A stretch of 64,000 bases of DNA from Malacoraja senta. Its lineage: Eukaryota. The notes below the pieces were generated by a model that saw only the letters and a program-made list of their open reading frames with translations, did no database searches and was not told the DNA's origin. The stretch is from assembly GCA_038087875.1 (NCBI GenBank), contig CM076001.1, forward strand, positions 1,922,001 to 1,986,000, given 5' to 3'. Below, piece after piece: positions 1 through 12,361 of the stretch. The position numbers and the translations under genes are program-made. The number at the start of each line of letters is the position of its first letter. Position 1 is the stretch's first letter.

Positions 1-1344
1 CAAACTCTTGTGCTCTACCATTCTATGCTCTATTGTCCGTGATATCTCATTTTGAAATATGTTCATACGCAGCTCTCGGCGTATTTGTGTTTTCAATTGT
101 TATGGCAGAATTTTCTAACCTGCACCTTGTCCCTTTCTACTTATACGTTTGCAAGCCGCGTATTAAATGCAAAACTAAAATGTTACAAAAGCTGGAGTTC
201 GAAGGTGGTATCACAAAGGTTCTAAACTGCATGCGAATACATGGGAATCAAAAAACAATTGACAGTTACAACCTTTTTAAGTAGACTTGATGATGGCAAG
301 TCGCAATGCAGACCTGCAGTATTGCCACAGACATGCAGGTCTCTTGGATTAAGGTGCATATATAGTGGGCCACAGAGAGAAATCTCCCCCCACCCCCACC
401 CACCTCCCTACCTAAACCAATCTCACATGGCATTTTATAACGGAACTGTGTTCATTCATTACCTAGATTGATGGGACATGTTTTTGGAAGTTGTTGACGG
501 CTATAACGAATTCGTTATCTCAAGTTAGCAGTGATCCCATTGGATGTCAGCACATATTTGGCGTGTAAACTATTTATACTGTTTTCACATTGTATACAAG
601 TATTTCCATGGATTGTATTTCCAAAGAGCTTCCTAATCCACGTCATTACCTCTCACCTCCGAATTATGTACTCGTCGCATTTCCATCAGGGCTTATGTTT
701 TCATCTTTCCATGGAGCGCTACCAACGCCATGCTCGGCATGTGATCAACTAAGTGCTGTGTTACTTGTTCAAAGAGAAGTTAAATACTAATCACATCATT
801 TTTCAATCATGGTACCCGCGAAGGAGGCATAATCGTAACCGACCCCGATTTAATATTTCTAATATAGCCGACCGAGGAAATGTAATCATCTCCCAATTTA
901 ACCTTTCCCCATTTGTCCTCAAACATATCACAGTAGTACCGCCACTGGATATATCTCTCGAGTCATATATTCAAATAATGACTTGCTCATTGAAACGTAA
1001 ATATTTTGATTTACCTAAGAAAATATTCGTCGAGTTAACGTCTACCGGTGGTAAAGTACGCCCGCGTGATGCAAAAATAACACAGGATATAATATATGGC
1101 AGAACATAAAAACGCGAGACGTCTCTTGAGGAGATATCATTGCTGACGTTGGCATTGGACATCGATTTAATTAACATCTCGAGGGCGGAAAGGGAGATTG
1201 TAAGATATAGCAGTGTATGGTAGAAGCGGTGACGCGATCGAATGGAAAACATCACGGTCTTTAAATATCTTGGTGTAAAACGTAATTGACATAAAAACAA
1301 AGTATGCGATGGGAGTACAAGTTCGCGTATAGACAGTAGACAAT

Positions 1345-1730
1345 AAATAATAGGTGCAGATGTAGGCTATTCGGACCTTCGAGCCAGCACCGCCATTCAA
1401 TGTGAGCATGGTTGATCATCCCCAATCAGTTCCCCGTTCCTGCCTTCGCCCCATATCCCTTGACTCCGCGATCTTTAAGAGCCCTATCTAGCTCTCTCTT
1501 GACCGTATCCAGAGAACCCGCCTCCCCCGCCCTCTGAGGTAGAGAATTCCACAGATTCACAATTCTCTGTGTGACAAAGTGTATCCTCGTCTCCGTTCTA
1601 AATGGCTTACCCCTTATTCTTAAACTGTGGCCCCTGGTTCTGGACCCCCCCAACATCGGGATCATGTTTCCTGCCTCGAACGTGTCCAGACCCTTAATAA
1701 TTTTATATGTTTCAATGAGATCCCCTTTCT
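1345..1730 (-). mobile_element. CR1 LINE 3' end fragment
   Basis: Minus-strand translation GDLIETYKIIKGLD...RTRGHSLRIRGKPFRTE...NLWNSLP matches the CR1 ORF2 C-terminus; the 3'UTR is shared with other CR1 copies in the window. Confidence 0.9.
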
Positions 1731-2052
1731 CCGGAATGGTGGTACTGTCGCTGGAACGCAGCTGACACATGATATTCCATCAACAACGCACGGTCCATCT
1801 TCGCGCCTGTTCTCATCCGCGGCAAGGCAGCTGAATAACAAGGTTTCAAAAGAAGAACTCAATACATAACCATAGTTGAAGTAGGTAGTGAACATTTTTA
1901 TTTCAGTTATTTTTACATGTATTCTCTCAGCTAATCAGCCTGCAGTTTTTGCATTCAGCCCAACGGTGTTTTATGAAACAAAATCTACCCTTTGCGTGAA
2001 ATAGCGATCTATGTTACAAAATAATAATGTCTATTTTCATCTGCAGTTCTCT

Positions 2053-2953
2053 CTACTTCACCAATTTCCTCATGAGACTGCAGAGGTACGTGAGCGCAAG
2101 GAATATCTCTAATCTGAACTCCCTTTGCGTCACGGTGTAAATGGCCGTGTTTGTGCAGGAGCTCAGCAGCTGAAGCATTATCCCAATTTGTTCAAATGTT
2201 GGGAACGGATTACTGATACTCCCACGTTTGAAAGCGCTCACAATTCGAAAGCTGACAAAATGTGTGACAGTTGCGGACCAGAGCAGGATAAAACTCATGG
2301 AGATTGCAATTAGTAAAACGATGGAACGTCTGCGGTTTCTCGTCTCCTCGTCCATTCCTTTCTCTCCATGACCGAGATCCCGGAGATTCCTGCGGACCAG
2401 GCTAGCAACTAAAACGCGTCTGATAGTGAGCGCGTTGAACAAAAAAATCAAACAAAATGGGATAACTGGAGTTAACAACTGTTCAGTCCAATAAAATGCA
2501 ATCCATGGTGTCCGCGTATAGAATTGTGATGCTATCAGGCACCCACGATCCGGCACATTGGAAATGCCGTATGGAACATATGCGAAGGCCCAGAGAATGT
2601 TCTTTAGAGAGAAACCTACGCCCAGTGTGACTATAATCAACATAGCGGTTTTCTCGGTGCAATATTTTGTTTTTAGATGCTGCATGGCAATGGCCACATA
2701 GCGATCAAATGTAAAAGCGGCCGTGAACCAAACCGAGCAATCTACGGCCGCGGGAGCCAGGATGTGCGCGATCTGCACCCATGAGTGTTGACTAAGAAAG
2801 ATTGCCGCCAATAAATTTCGGCCACGCGATACAAAATTACATTGTACATAATAACGGACAGGTCCACCGTTGACATGACCAGTAGGTAACGTGTGATGCA
2901 TTTGGATAGACCACACTTCCCTCTGCACAGTATCACGATCGCCACGACGTTCA
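2053..2953 (-). pseudogene. GPR139/142-like class A GPCR exon 2, frameshifted (paralogue 1)
   Basis: Acceptor tttcag|TG AAC at 2954/2953. Reads VNVVAIVILCRGKCGLSKC..., then a 1-nt deletion near 2771-2774 (TGCAGATC where the paralogue spacing needs TGC AGA ATC), resuming IAHILAPAAVDCSVWF...FTFDRYVAI...CTNTAIY to the stop at 2053. Confidence 0.85.
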
Positions 2954-3247
2954 CTGAAAGAGAATGAAAACAAAATATACATGCGCTTATCGCCTGATAA
3001 ATAACAGATCACATTCAACGATTCTCATGAATGAAGCCTGAACGGGTTAATCCGGACTTCCATTGATTATGATTGCAAATGGTGAGGTCGTTACAGTGCA
3101 ACCGTTGATTTGTTTGCTTGGACATAGGTCACCTGCCCATTCGAAATTCACCATTGATTTTGTCGACGAAATTACATTCAGAGAAGCGACATGGAAACTG
3201 TAAACAGGAGTTTTGAACACATTAAACCACCAGATAAGGCTTAATCA

Positions 3248-4059
3248 AGAGTATAATATAGATAAATGTGAGGTTATCCACTTTGGCGGCAAAAACAAGG
3301 GGCAGATTATTATTTCAATGGGGTTAGGTTAGCTAAGGGGGAGGTGCAGCGAGACCTGAGTGTCACTGAATGTTGGCGTGCAGTTACAGCAGGCAGTGAA
3401 GAAAGCTGATGGAATGTTGGCCTTCATAACAAGAGGATTTCAGTATAGGAGTAAAGAGGTTCTTCTGCAGTTGTATAGGGCTCTGGTAAGACCATATCTG
3501 GAGTATTGTGTACAGTTTTAGTCTCCTAATTTGAGGAAGCACATCCTTGTGATTGAGGCAGTGCAGCGTAGGTTCACGAGATTGTCACCTGGGATGGCGG
3601 GACTGTCATATGAGGAAAGATTGAAAAGAATGGCTTGTATTCACTGGAGTTCAGAAGGATGAGGGGGCATCTTATAGCAACATAGAAAATTATGAAAGGA
3701 CTGGACAAGTTAGATGCAGGAAAAATGTTCCCAATGTTGGGCGAGTCCAGAACCAGGGGCCACAGTCTTAGAAGAAAGGGGAGGCCATTTAAGACTGAGA
3801 TGAGAAAACACGTTTTCACCCAGAGAGTTGTGAATTTGTAGAATTCCCTGCCACAGAGGGTAGTGGAGGCCAATCACTGGATGGATTTAAGAGAGAGTTA
3901 GATAGAGCTCTAGGGACTAGTGGAATCAAGGGATATGGGGAGAAGGCAGGCACGGGTTATTGATTGGGGACATCAGCCATGATCACAATGAATGGCGGTG
4001 CTGGCTAGAAGGGCCGAATGGCCTCCTCCTGCACCTATTTTCAATGTTTCAATGTTTCT
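3248..4059 (+). mobile_element. CR1 LINE 3' fragment within the GPCR1 intron
   Basis: RT C-terminal motifs (RPYLEYCVQF, NLWNSLP-like), CR1 3'UTR and a (ttcaatgt)n tail. Confidence 0.9.
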
Positions 4060-5224
4060 CTCTTTCTAAGAGAATAATGTACCATAGAAACACTCTGATT
4101 TACCGCACTCCTACTAACTTAGGCCATGGCGCCAACGAACCCGCACATCTTGGTGAAGTGGGTGAAATCGCAACATGCAAACGAATACCACGCCTTCACG
4201 GCGAAAATATGGGAAGAGCACTCAGATTGCTCGTGATGTCACGTTTGAATTCGCGTCTCTGGCGCGCTGGAGCAGCATCTTTATTAACCGTGAGATGTTA
4301 AGACAAAACTGAACTGTTGCAGATGCGGACAACCTTGAATGAAATCATAACATATCAGAATGTCCCAGCGGATTATGCAACATTGACTACGCTGACGCAG
4401 GTGCATGGTGCGAGTGCAGTAACCATTGACCAGAGGGTAATGAATGCAGTTACAGAATGATTACTTAATTAACAAATTAACTGATTCACATATGTCATCA
4501 AAAGTATCGACGCTGTATCATGTCCGCTCTGTACCTATGCATCGTGAGAATAAATGTATGATGACGCGTTAGGGCATTTGGTTTAGGCACGTGCAAGAGA
4601 CACAGTCCGGTAGCACTAAACCAAATGAGCGCAATAGTGTTGATTACCAGTTGACTGATTTAAACATCGAAGCATCATTGCGTGCAATTCCTCGTCGGAC
4701 TCGTTTGAGGGAAAAAAATCCAGGAACATTCAATATGTCGGGCGAATCCGATTCCTTCTCAGTACCTACATAGGTCTTGCACTATGTCCATGCCATCTCA
4801 GTAATGCTTCATGTTCGAATACATCTCCAATTGTAAATGTCCAATGCTGGTGTTTGCGATTCCTGAGCATTTGCTGCCTGGCAAATAGGACGCACCACAA
4901 TCATAAGAACGTAAATAAAGCGCTACGTTTTCGTTGACGGTTTCTCAAAAATAAATATGTTATTCTTCTTTTCTTAGCGCCGCAGCGTCCGCGGCGTGAG
5001 AATAAATGCATTGCTCGAAAGAAATTGAAAACGATATGCCCCAATGCAGAGGAATAACCATCGGCATCGAACGTTAACACTTTTCCTTTCCGGGTATGTA
5101 ACTTCCTCTCCTATCCCCAATAATGTATTTCCCTTTATGTTTCTCTGCACCTTCCATGATTTAAAAAAAAACATGCAGGGTAGAGTATACTATTCATCCA
5201 GAAAGTGTGCTCACTAAGACCTAA

Positions 5225-5270
5225 CAAGAGCTCCAATTGCAGCAGAAATTGAGAAATCAAATCTACCTTC
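5225..5270 (-). pseudogene. Candidate degenerate exon 1 (TM1) of GPCR paralogue 1
   Basis: Minus strand TTC TCA ATT TCT GCT GCA ATT GGA GCT CTT G aligns codon for codon with paralogue exon 1 TAC CCA ATC CTG GCA TCA ATT GGA GTA CCC G. The phase-1 donor reads TT instead of GT. Confidence 0.4.
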
Positions 5271-6439
5271 CGTATCCGACACCAACGTATTATGTTGCTC
5301 GGCTAAAAAGCTGTAATGTTCTTTCGAACGAATTGTAAAAACTCCTTGTTTAAATCATCTCTGTGCATTTATTGCATTAGTTTCGTATAGAGAAGGGAAG
5401 AAAGTACGTTTCGGTCCACCGCTCATTTAAGACCTAGTCCGCACAAAAAGGGCAGAAGACTGTGGAAACAATGGCAGACGAGAAATAACTAATTAAATTA
5501 TTTCTAAGTCAGGAATGGACACAAAGGAAAAACACGCAGAAAGCACAGGATGACTTACTGCTGTATCCTCTGAGCCTGACGTAAAAGCGAGATTCAGTCC
5601 GTCCGTCACTCAGACTCCGTCACTCTCCTGCACTCGTTCCATCGTTCCATCGTTCCATGCCATCTTAGTGTCGTTTTCCTAACGAATGCTTTTCTACCGC
5701 TGCACGCAACCCCACCCCCACCGCCCTCCCCATCCCTTAGCTGGTGCTTGTTATGTCTAACCATTTGCTCTCTAAAGAACAGCATACATCACCAATGTAA
5801 GAATGAAAACATATCGTCATTTTATTATTTGATCGTTTTTGGCGAAAATATTATTTTTTATTCTGCGCTTCTTGGCACTTCCACTCGTGTAATGTAAGAA
5901 TAAATTCAGTGTTAATACTATATACTCATGCCTTCATGCAACAGAAACTACCAGAAAATTTAAACGAATCAACAATAATACTTATACCCAAAATGGATAA
6001 GGGCCCTGAAGATCCAGGTTCATATAGAGCAATCTCTCTCTTATACACCGATCAGAAAATATTAACTGAAATTTTTTTTTTTAAGATATTTTTTATTGGA
6101 GGTAGATACATATCATATTAAAATCGATACCAGTCTTACATTTTTAAATTACAAATATTGTCCATTATTATTACAATGTCTCCAATACTTTTTTTTTAAT
6201 TAAAAAAAAAAAACTAAATAGAACTAAAAAGATATAGATGAAATAAAGAAAGAAAGTGAGAAAAGAGAAGAAACAAGAAAAAAAAACCACAAAAAAACCA
6301 ACCAAAAACAAAACAAAAAAAAACAACAAAAAAAAGATAATAAAGAAGAATGGAATAATTTACTACGATAAAAAACTTCATTCGAGATATATTCGTACAT
6401 TTCAGAGTATAACCTTTCATCTATTCCTTGGCACGGGTG

Positions 6440-9400
6440 TTAGTCAGGTTCCTGTGCTGAACCATTCTGACCCTTTAAATAGTCAATAAAGGGAGACCAT
6501 GTTCCGACGAATAGTTCCTGTTTGTCCAACAGGACAAGTCTAATTCTTTCCAAGTGTAAGGTCTCCGTCATTTCTATAATCCACATTTTAATTGTGGGGG
6601 TTATAGGGCCTTTCCAAAATTTTAGAATTAATTTTTTCCCAGTTATTATGCTATAATCAATAAAGTTTCTTTGAGTTGTTGTAAATGTTTGATTTAGTTC
6701 TAATGTTCCAAGTATTATCAATTTTGGATCCGGGTCCAATTGAATGCTAGTCACTTTAGATATTATTGTGAAAATATTTACCCAGAAATTTTTGATTTTT
6801 ATGCAATTTGCAAACATATGAGATAAGTTAGCTTCTAAATGTTGACATTTATCACATATTGGTGAGATATGTGGGAAGATTTTATTTAATTTTGTTTTAG
6901 AATAATGTAACCTGTGTATTACTTTGAATTGTATTAGAGAATGTCTGGCATTTAATGAACATTGATGTATGTGTTGTAAACTTTATTCCCAAGTATCTTT
7001 CGTTATTATTTGATTTAGTTCTTTTTCCCAAGTTTGTCTGTGTAAGTCCGTCAATGGGATATCGCTGTCTAATAAAATATTATATATATAAGATATTAGT
7101 TTTTCTGTATTAGGATGTTTATTCCAACAGTCGTCAAAAATGTCTGAATTTCTAATTCTAAAATTTAGAGTATTTGCTTTTACGTAATCTCTAAGTTGGA
7201 GATATCTGAAAAAATCATTTACTTGAAGTCCATAAATCTGTTGCAACTCCTGAAATGAAAGAAAAGTGCCTTCCTTATAAAGGTGTCCCATCTTTTTAAT
7301 TCCATAGTTTTTCCATTGTGTGAAACCTTTGTCCAACCATGAGGGCTTAAACAAAGGGTTATTCGCAATTGGAAGAAAAAGTGATAAATTATCTAGTTTT
7401 AATGTCTTTTTTAATTGTTTCCAAATTCGCATAGTACTATATATTATCGGATTTTCCCTATAATTTTTTTAATTTAATTTAGAAGTAGCAAATAGTATCG
7501 AGCCGATTTCAAAAGGTGAGCAATCTTCCTTTTCCATTTTTAACCAATCTGGTTGTTGATCTATTCCTTCCAACCAAAAATTCATATTTTTAATGTTAAC
7601 TGCCCAAAAATAAAACAAAAAGTTTGGTAAAACCAAACCTCCATTTATTTTTGATTTGCACAGATGTTTTTTGCTTATCCTATGATTCTTATAATCCCAG
7701 ATAAAGTCACTGACAATGGAATCTAACTTTTTAAAAAAGTTTTTTGACAGATATATCGGAATTGTTTGAAAAAGGTATAATATTTGCGGTAAGAAAATCA
7801 TTTTTATGGCATTAATTTTGCCAACCATTGAAATAGGGAGTGTTTTCCAATACTGAATATTCTTATGTAGTTTATTCAGTAATGGGGGAAAGTTTGCTTT
7901 AAATAATGATGTATATATCTTAGTAACATAAATGCCTAGGTATTTAAATTTTTCATTTACTATTTTAAATGGAAATTGTTGTATTATATGTTTATTATGT
8001 TCCCTTATTGGCATAATTTCACTTTTATTCCAATTTATTCTGTATCCTGAGAGTGAACCACATTGGGTTATTAGCTTTAATAAATTTGGAATACTAATTT
8101 CTGGTTTTGTAATGTAAATTAATACATCATCTGCGTATAAAGACATTTTATTCACTGTATCCTTTGTGTTATACCCATATATTTCCGGATGGGTCCTGAC
8201 TCTTTCTGCGAGTGGCTCTATAACAAGCGCAAATAATAATGGAGACAACGGGCATCCTTGTCTACACCCTCTAGATAGGTTAAATTTAGATGATAACCTT
8301 TGGTTTGTTAATATTCTAGCCGTAGGGTTTGTATATAACAGTTTTATCCATGCACAAAATTTCTCGCCCAGCTGCAATTTTTCCATCACCGAAAATAAAT
8401 AGGGCCATTCCACCTGATCAAAAGCTTTTTCAGCGTCAAGTGAGATTATTGCTAAATCTTCATTAATATTTCTCTTAGAATATATAATATTAAATAATCT
8501 TCTTAGATTGTAATATGAATACCGCTTCTGAATAAAACCTGTTTGGTCAGGGTGTATTAGTTTATTCATCACTGTACTTAATCTGTGCGCTAAAATTTTT
8601 GTTAGTATTTTCTGATCTGTATTTAAAAGTGCAATTGCTCTATATGATCCTGGGTCTTTCGGATCCTTATCAGCTTTAGGAATAAGTGTTATTATAGATT
8701 CATTTAAGGTATCTGGAAGTTTCTGTTGAGTATAAATATGTTCATACAGCTTTTGTAAACGTGGAGAAAGCAAATCATAATTTTTTTTATAGAATTCCGA
8801 GCCTAAACCATCTGGTCCTACTGCTTTACCATTTTTTAAAGATCCAATAGACTCTTCAATATCTTTTATCGTAATCTCCGCTTCTAATAATTCTCTATCT
8901 TTTGAATCTAAACCTTTTAAATTACATTTTTGTAAAAAATCTGCTATTCCTTCTGGTTGTACTACAGTTTTAGTTGAGTAAAGATTATGATAGTATTGGA
9001 GAAATCTCTCGTTTATATCCTTGGGCAATTTTAATAATTCTCCTGTATCTGCTCTAATTTTATGAATTATTTTCTCCCCCTCCATTTTTCGTAGCTGACG
9101 TGCTAATAGTTTTTGTGGTTTGTCTCCAAACTCAAAATGTAATTGTTTAGTATGTTGATAAAGTTTTATTACTTGTTCTGAATACATTTTGTTTAGTTTA
9201 TATTTCAGTACAGCAATTTTGTTATGTTTTAACGTAGATGGCATTCTCGCATTTTCTATATCTAATTGCTTTATTTCCCTTTCCAGTGTTTGTTGTTTAA
9301 TCCGGCTCTCTTTGTTATAAAATACTTGGGCAGAAATTAATGCGCCTCGGACAAACGCTTTAAATGTTTCCCAAATAAGAGAGGCTGATGTGTCAGGGTT

Positions 9401-10255
9401 GTCGTTTGCCTCAAAGAATGTTTGCATCTGTTTAATAAGATATTCCTGACATGATCTTTCATTCAATATTTGTGGGTTAAATCTCCAATATGTTTGTTTC
9501 TTGGACATTCCATTTAATTTAATCATAAATGTTACCGGTGCGTGGTCTGAGATTATAATATTATGGTATTTTGAGTTATAAGTAAATGGGATAACCGTGG
9601 AGTCGACTAAAAAATAATCTATTCTTGAGTATGTTTTATGTACCGGTGAGTAAAATGAGTATTCCCGTCCAGTTGGGTTTTCAATTCTCCAGACATCCTT
9701 AATATTAGTGGTATTAATAAATGAATTTAAAAATACACTTGATTGAGATTTTACTTGTTTTTGCCTTGATGATCTATCTAAATAAGAGTCTAATGTGCAA
9801 TTGAAATCTCCTCCAATTATTAATTTATATTGTGTAAATTCAGGAATTATATTAAATATTTTATTAAAAAACATAGGATTATCAAAATTAGGTCCATATA
9901 CATTAAGAAGAATCACTTTTATCCCATTTAACTCTCCAACTAATATAATATATCTACCATCTATATCCGCTATTGTTGATGAATGTGTAAAAGGTATTCC
10001 TTTACGAATTAATATTGCAACTCCTCTGGACTTGTGTGAAAAAGAGGCATGATACGATTCAGCAATCCACGTAGCTTTAAGTCTATGTTGAGATTCCTTT
10101 TTAAGGTGTGTTTCTTGAAGGAATATTATATCTGTTTTGATTGAATTTAAATGTGCCAAAACTTTACCTCTCTTAATTGGTTCATTGATTCCCTTAACAT
10201 TCCAACTACAAAATGTTATTCCCTCACCCCCTCTTGTCATATTACCATCTTGCAT
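6440..10255 (-). pseudogene. L1 ORF2 (APE endonuclease, RT, C-terminal CCHC) with two in-frame nonsense codons
   Basis: SWNVKG, LQETHL, SDHAP, YADD and CDKC..HMFANC motifs. The three ORF-track pieces are in one frame, separated only by TAA at 7469-7471 and 6983-6985. Confidence 0.9.
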
Positions 10256-11290
10256 ATTGTTTCTAGGGTGGTCTATAGCCGAGCAGAAGGTACAACACAT
10301 AAAACCTGACCCTGCTCCCGAACCTCAAATAGATGAATTTTAAATAATATACATCGCTCTTCCGAACACATCTCCTTGAATTAACCTTGTAATTCCATTC
10401 AAACTTAAAATTATAACAATAGTTAAAGTGAAAAAAGTGATATAGATGATTAGTATAGGGTGAAAGAAAAAAAACTACAACTACTATTAGTGTAGTTAGT
10501 GTTAGCCACACTAGCATGGCTAGAATTCTAAAGACTTCCGTAGCCTTTGTAAAAGAAAAAAAATCCTAGCTCCGCGCTAAAAATTTTTTTTTTAAAAAGG
10601 ATGATATTTCTAACAATCAAATAACTTCTTTGGGAGTTGCAAAATTTTTGTTTTCTTTTCAAAGACCCAAAAAAGGTAAAGAACAGTAAAAGTTAACAAC
10701 GTTATTATTCTCTAAATACCATATTAATATCTTCTTTACGTATGTATTTTTAATTTTTAATTGAAAGATAAAGAGGAAAACCATCAACCCTTATTAATAC
10801 ATGGGCTAAATTACCTCTTACTTATATTCCTATGGAATATATGTATGTAATCTATTTCTACGTTAACCAGAAACTATTAGTTATTAATCATTGTTATTAT
10901 TCATACACGGTAAAAATATTTATGAATAATATAGATTTAGTAATTTTAATAGTAATAATGATATTTAATAAGTATTAGTAGTTACATGTATGGTTAAATA
11001 TGAAAATACTAAATAATAATAGTGATTAGTAACACTTGATAATTGTGATATTATTGTTCTTAGAATTTATACTAAACGCGAAGAATGAATAATTTAAAAA
11101 AAATGTAGAGAAATTAGGAGAAATTAAAAAATAAAAAATAAAAAACCCGAGAATCAAAAAAAACCAAGTTTTCTCCAATGTCCATTTCAATTTTCAAACG
11201 TCTTTAAAGCTCTTAAAAGTACTTTAAAGATCCTTTTAGACCTGGCGAGGTCCCGTTATTCCTTGACTCCTGAGGAGTAATGTATATTCT

Positions 11291-12361
11291 TCAGTCTGTG
11301 GTCACATTCCCGATACCTTTGGCAAATTCCAGTGCTTTTTCATGGTCTGTAAAAAATTGTTCCTTGCTCATGTAGGTGACTCTTAATGTTGCGGGATAAA
11401 GCAAGCCGTATCTCAAATTCGATATATTCTTCAGTATTCTTTTTGTTTCAGTAAACAGCGCTCTTTTCTTGAAGACCTCCGCCGGGTAGTCTCTGTAGAT
11501 ACTGATCCTCACTCCTTCAAAAGAGAGGTCTCTGGTACGGACAATTTTCTTCATTATCTCGTCAAATTCATGATCAAGTTGCACCTTTACTATAATTTGT
11601 CTTGGGTAGGCATCATCTCGTGTACGACGCCCCTGCGCTCTATGTGCTCGACCAAGTACAGGTTTTTGATCCAACTTTAAGGATTTTTGTAGTAGATCTG
11701 CCACAAAATCCCGAGTGCCCATAGCCCTCTCACTTCCTTCTTTCACACCTACAATTCTTAGGTTCTGGCGTCTTTGACGCCCCTCCAGGTCGATACACTT
11801 TCCACTTAATTTAGCCACCATTTCGGAGAGGCGTTGATTTTCGGTAAGGAGTCGATTTACCGTTTCCGCACTTGTCGCCACACATTTCTCAAGTTCAGTT
11901 ATCGCTATAATATGTTGCTTCAGTGTCTGAAGGATAGGGTCAATCTCTCCCTTAAGGCTCGATTCCACCAAAGCGATCCTGCCTTCCACCTCTTCCATCT
12001 GATCTTTGACCTCGTCGTCCCTCGACCTCTTCCAGATTTCCAATACATCCTGAACGGTAGAGAGCATTTCTGCTTTAAAATCTACCTTAAAAGAGTTAAG
12101 TTCCTCTTTAAGTTCCTCTTTAAAATTCAGCTTTCCTTCAAAGGTTTTCAGCTGTGTTTGAATATTTTTTATCTCATTGGAGATAACGTTTTTAAGTTCT
12201 TCCATTTCAGATTTTTTTTGTTTTGGTTTCTTCGATGGGTCTTCCTGGAGCATCGTTGTACCTGAGGCCGAGGCCTCGGTTGGGCCTACCCCTTCCGTCG
12301 GTTGTCTCGCTTTACCGGCTTTTTTTGTCACCCGGGGGGGGGGGGTATGTTGTATCGACAT
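11291..12361 (-). CDS. L1 ORF1p (coiled coil, RRM, CTD), intact, 356 aa
   Basis: Contains the conserved LEGRQRRQNLRIVG, RAHRA, RQIIVK, IYRDY and LLYPATLRVT motifs. Confidence 0.92.
   Translation of the reverse strand: MSIQHTPPPRVTKKAGKARQPTEGVGPTEASASGTTMLQEDPSKKPKQKKSEMEELKNVISNEIKNIQTQLKTFEGKLNFKEELKEELNSFKVDFKAEMLSTVQDVLEIWKRSRDDEVKDQMEEVEGRIALVESSLKGEIDPILQTLKQHIIAITELEKCVATSAETVNRLLTENQRLSEMVAKLSGKCIDLEGRQRRQNLRIVGVKEGSERAMGTRDFVADLLQKSLKLDQKPVLGRAHRAQGRRTRDDAYPRQIIVKVQLDHEFDEIMKKIVRTRDLSFEGVRISIYRDYPAEVFKKRALFTETKRILKNISNLRYGLLYPATLRVTYMSKEQFFTDHEKALEFAKGIGNVTTD

Noticed and set aside
971-1300. Minus-strand ORF with hydrophobic stretches as a possible further GPCR fragment
   Set aside because: No family motif (GKCGLS, DRF/Y, CTN) and no splice context could be recognised.
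2954-3018. N-terminal extensions given by the ORF track for the GPCRs (also 39419-39596 and 54599-54671)
   Set aside because: These are intron read-through: each has a pyrimidine tract and AG at the same position, and a separate TM1 exon exists upstream.
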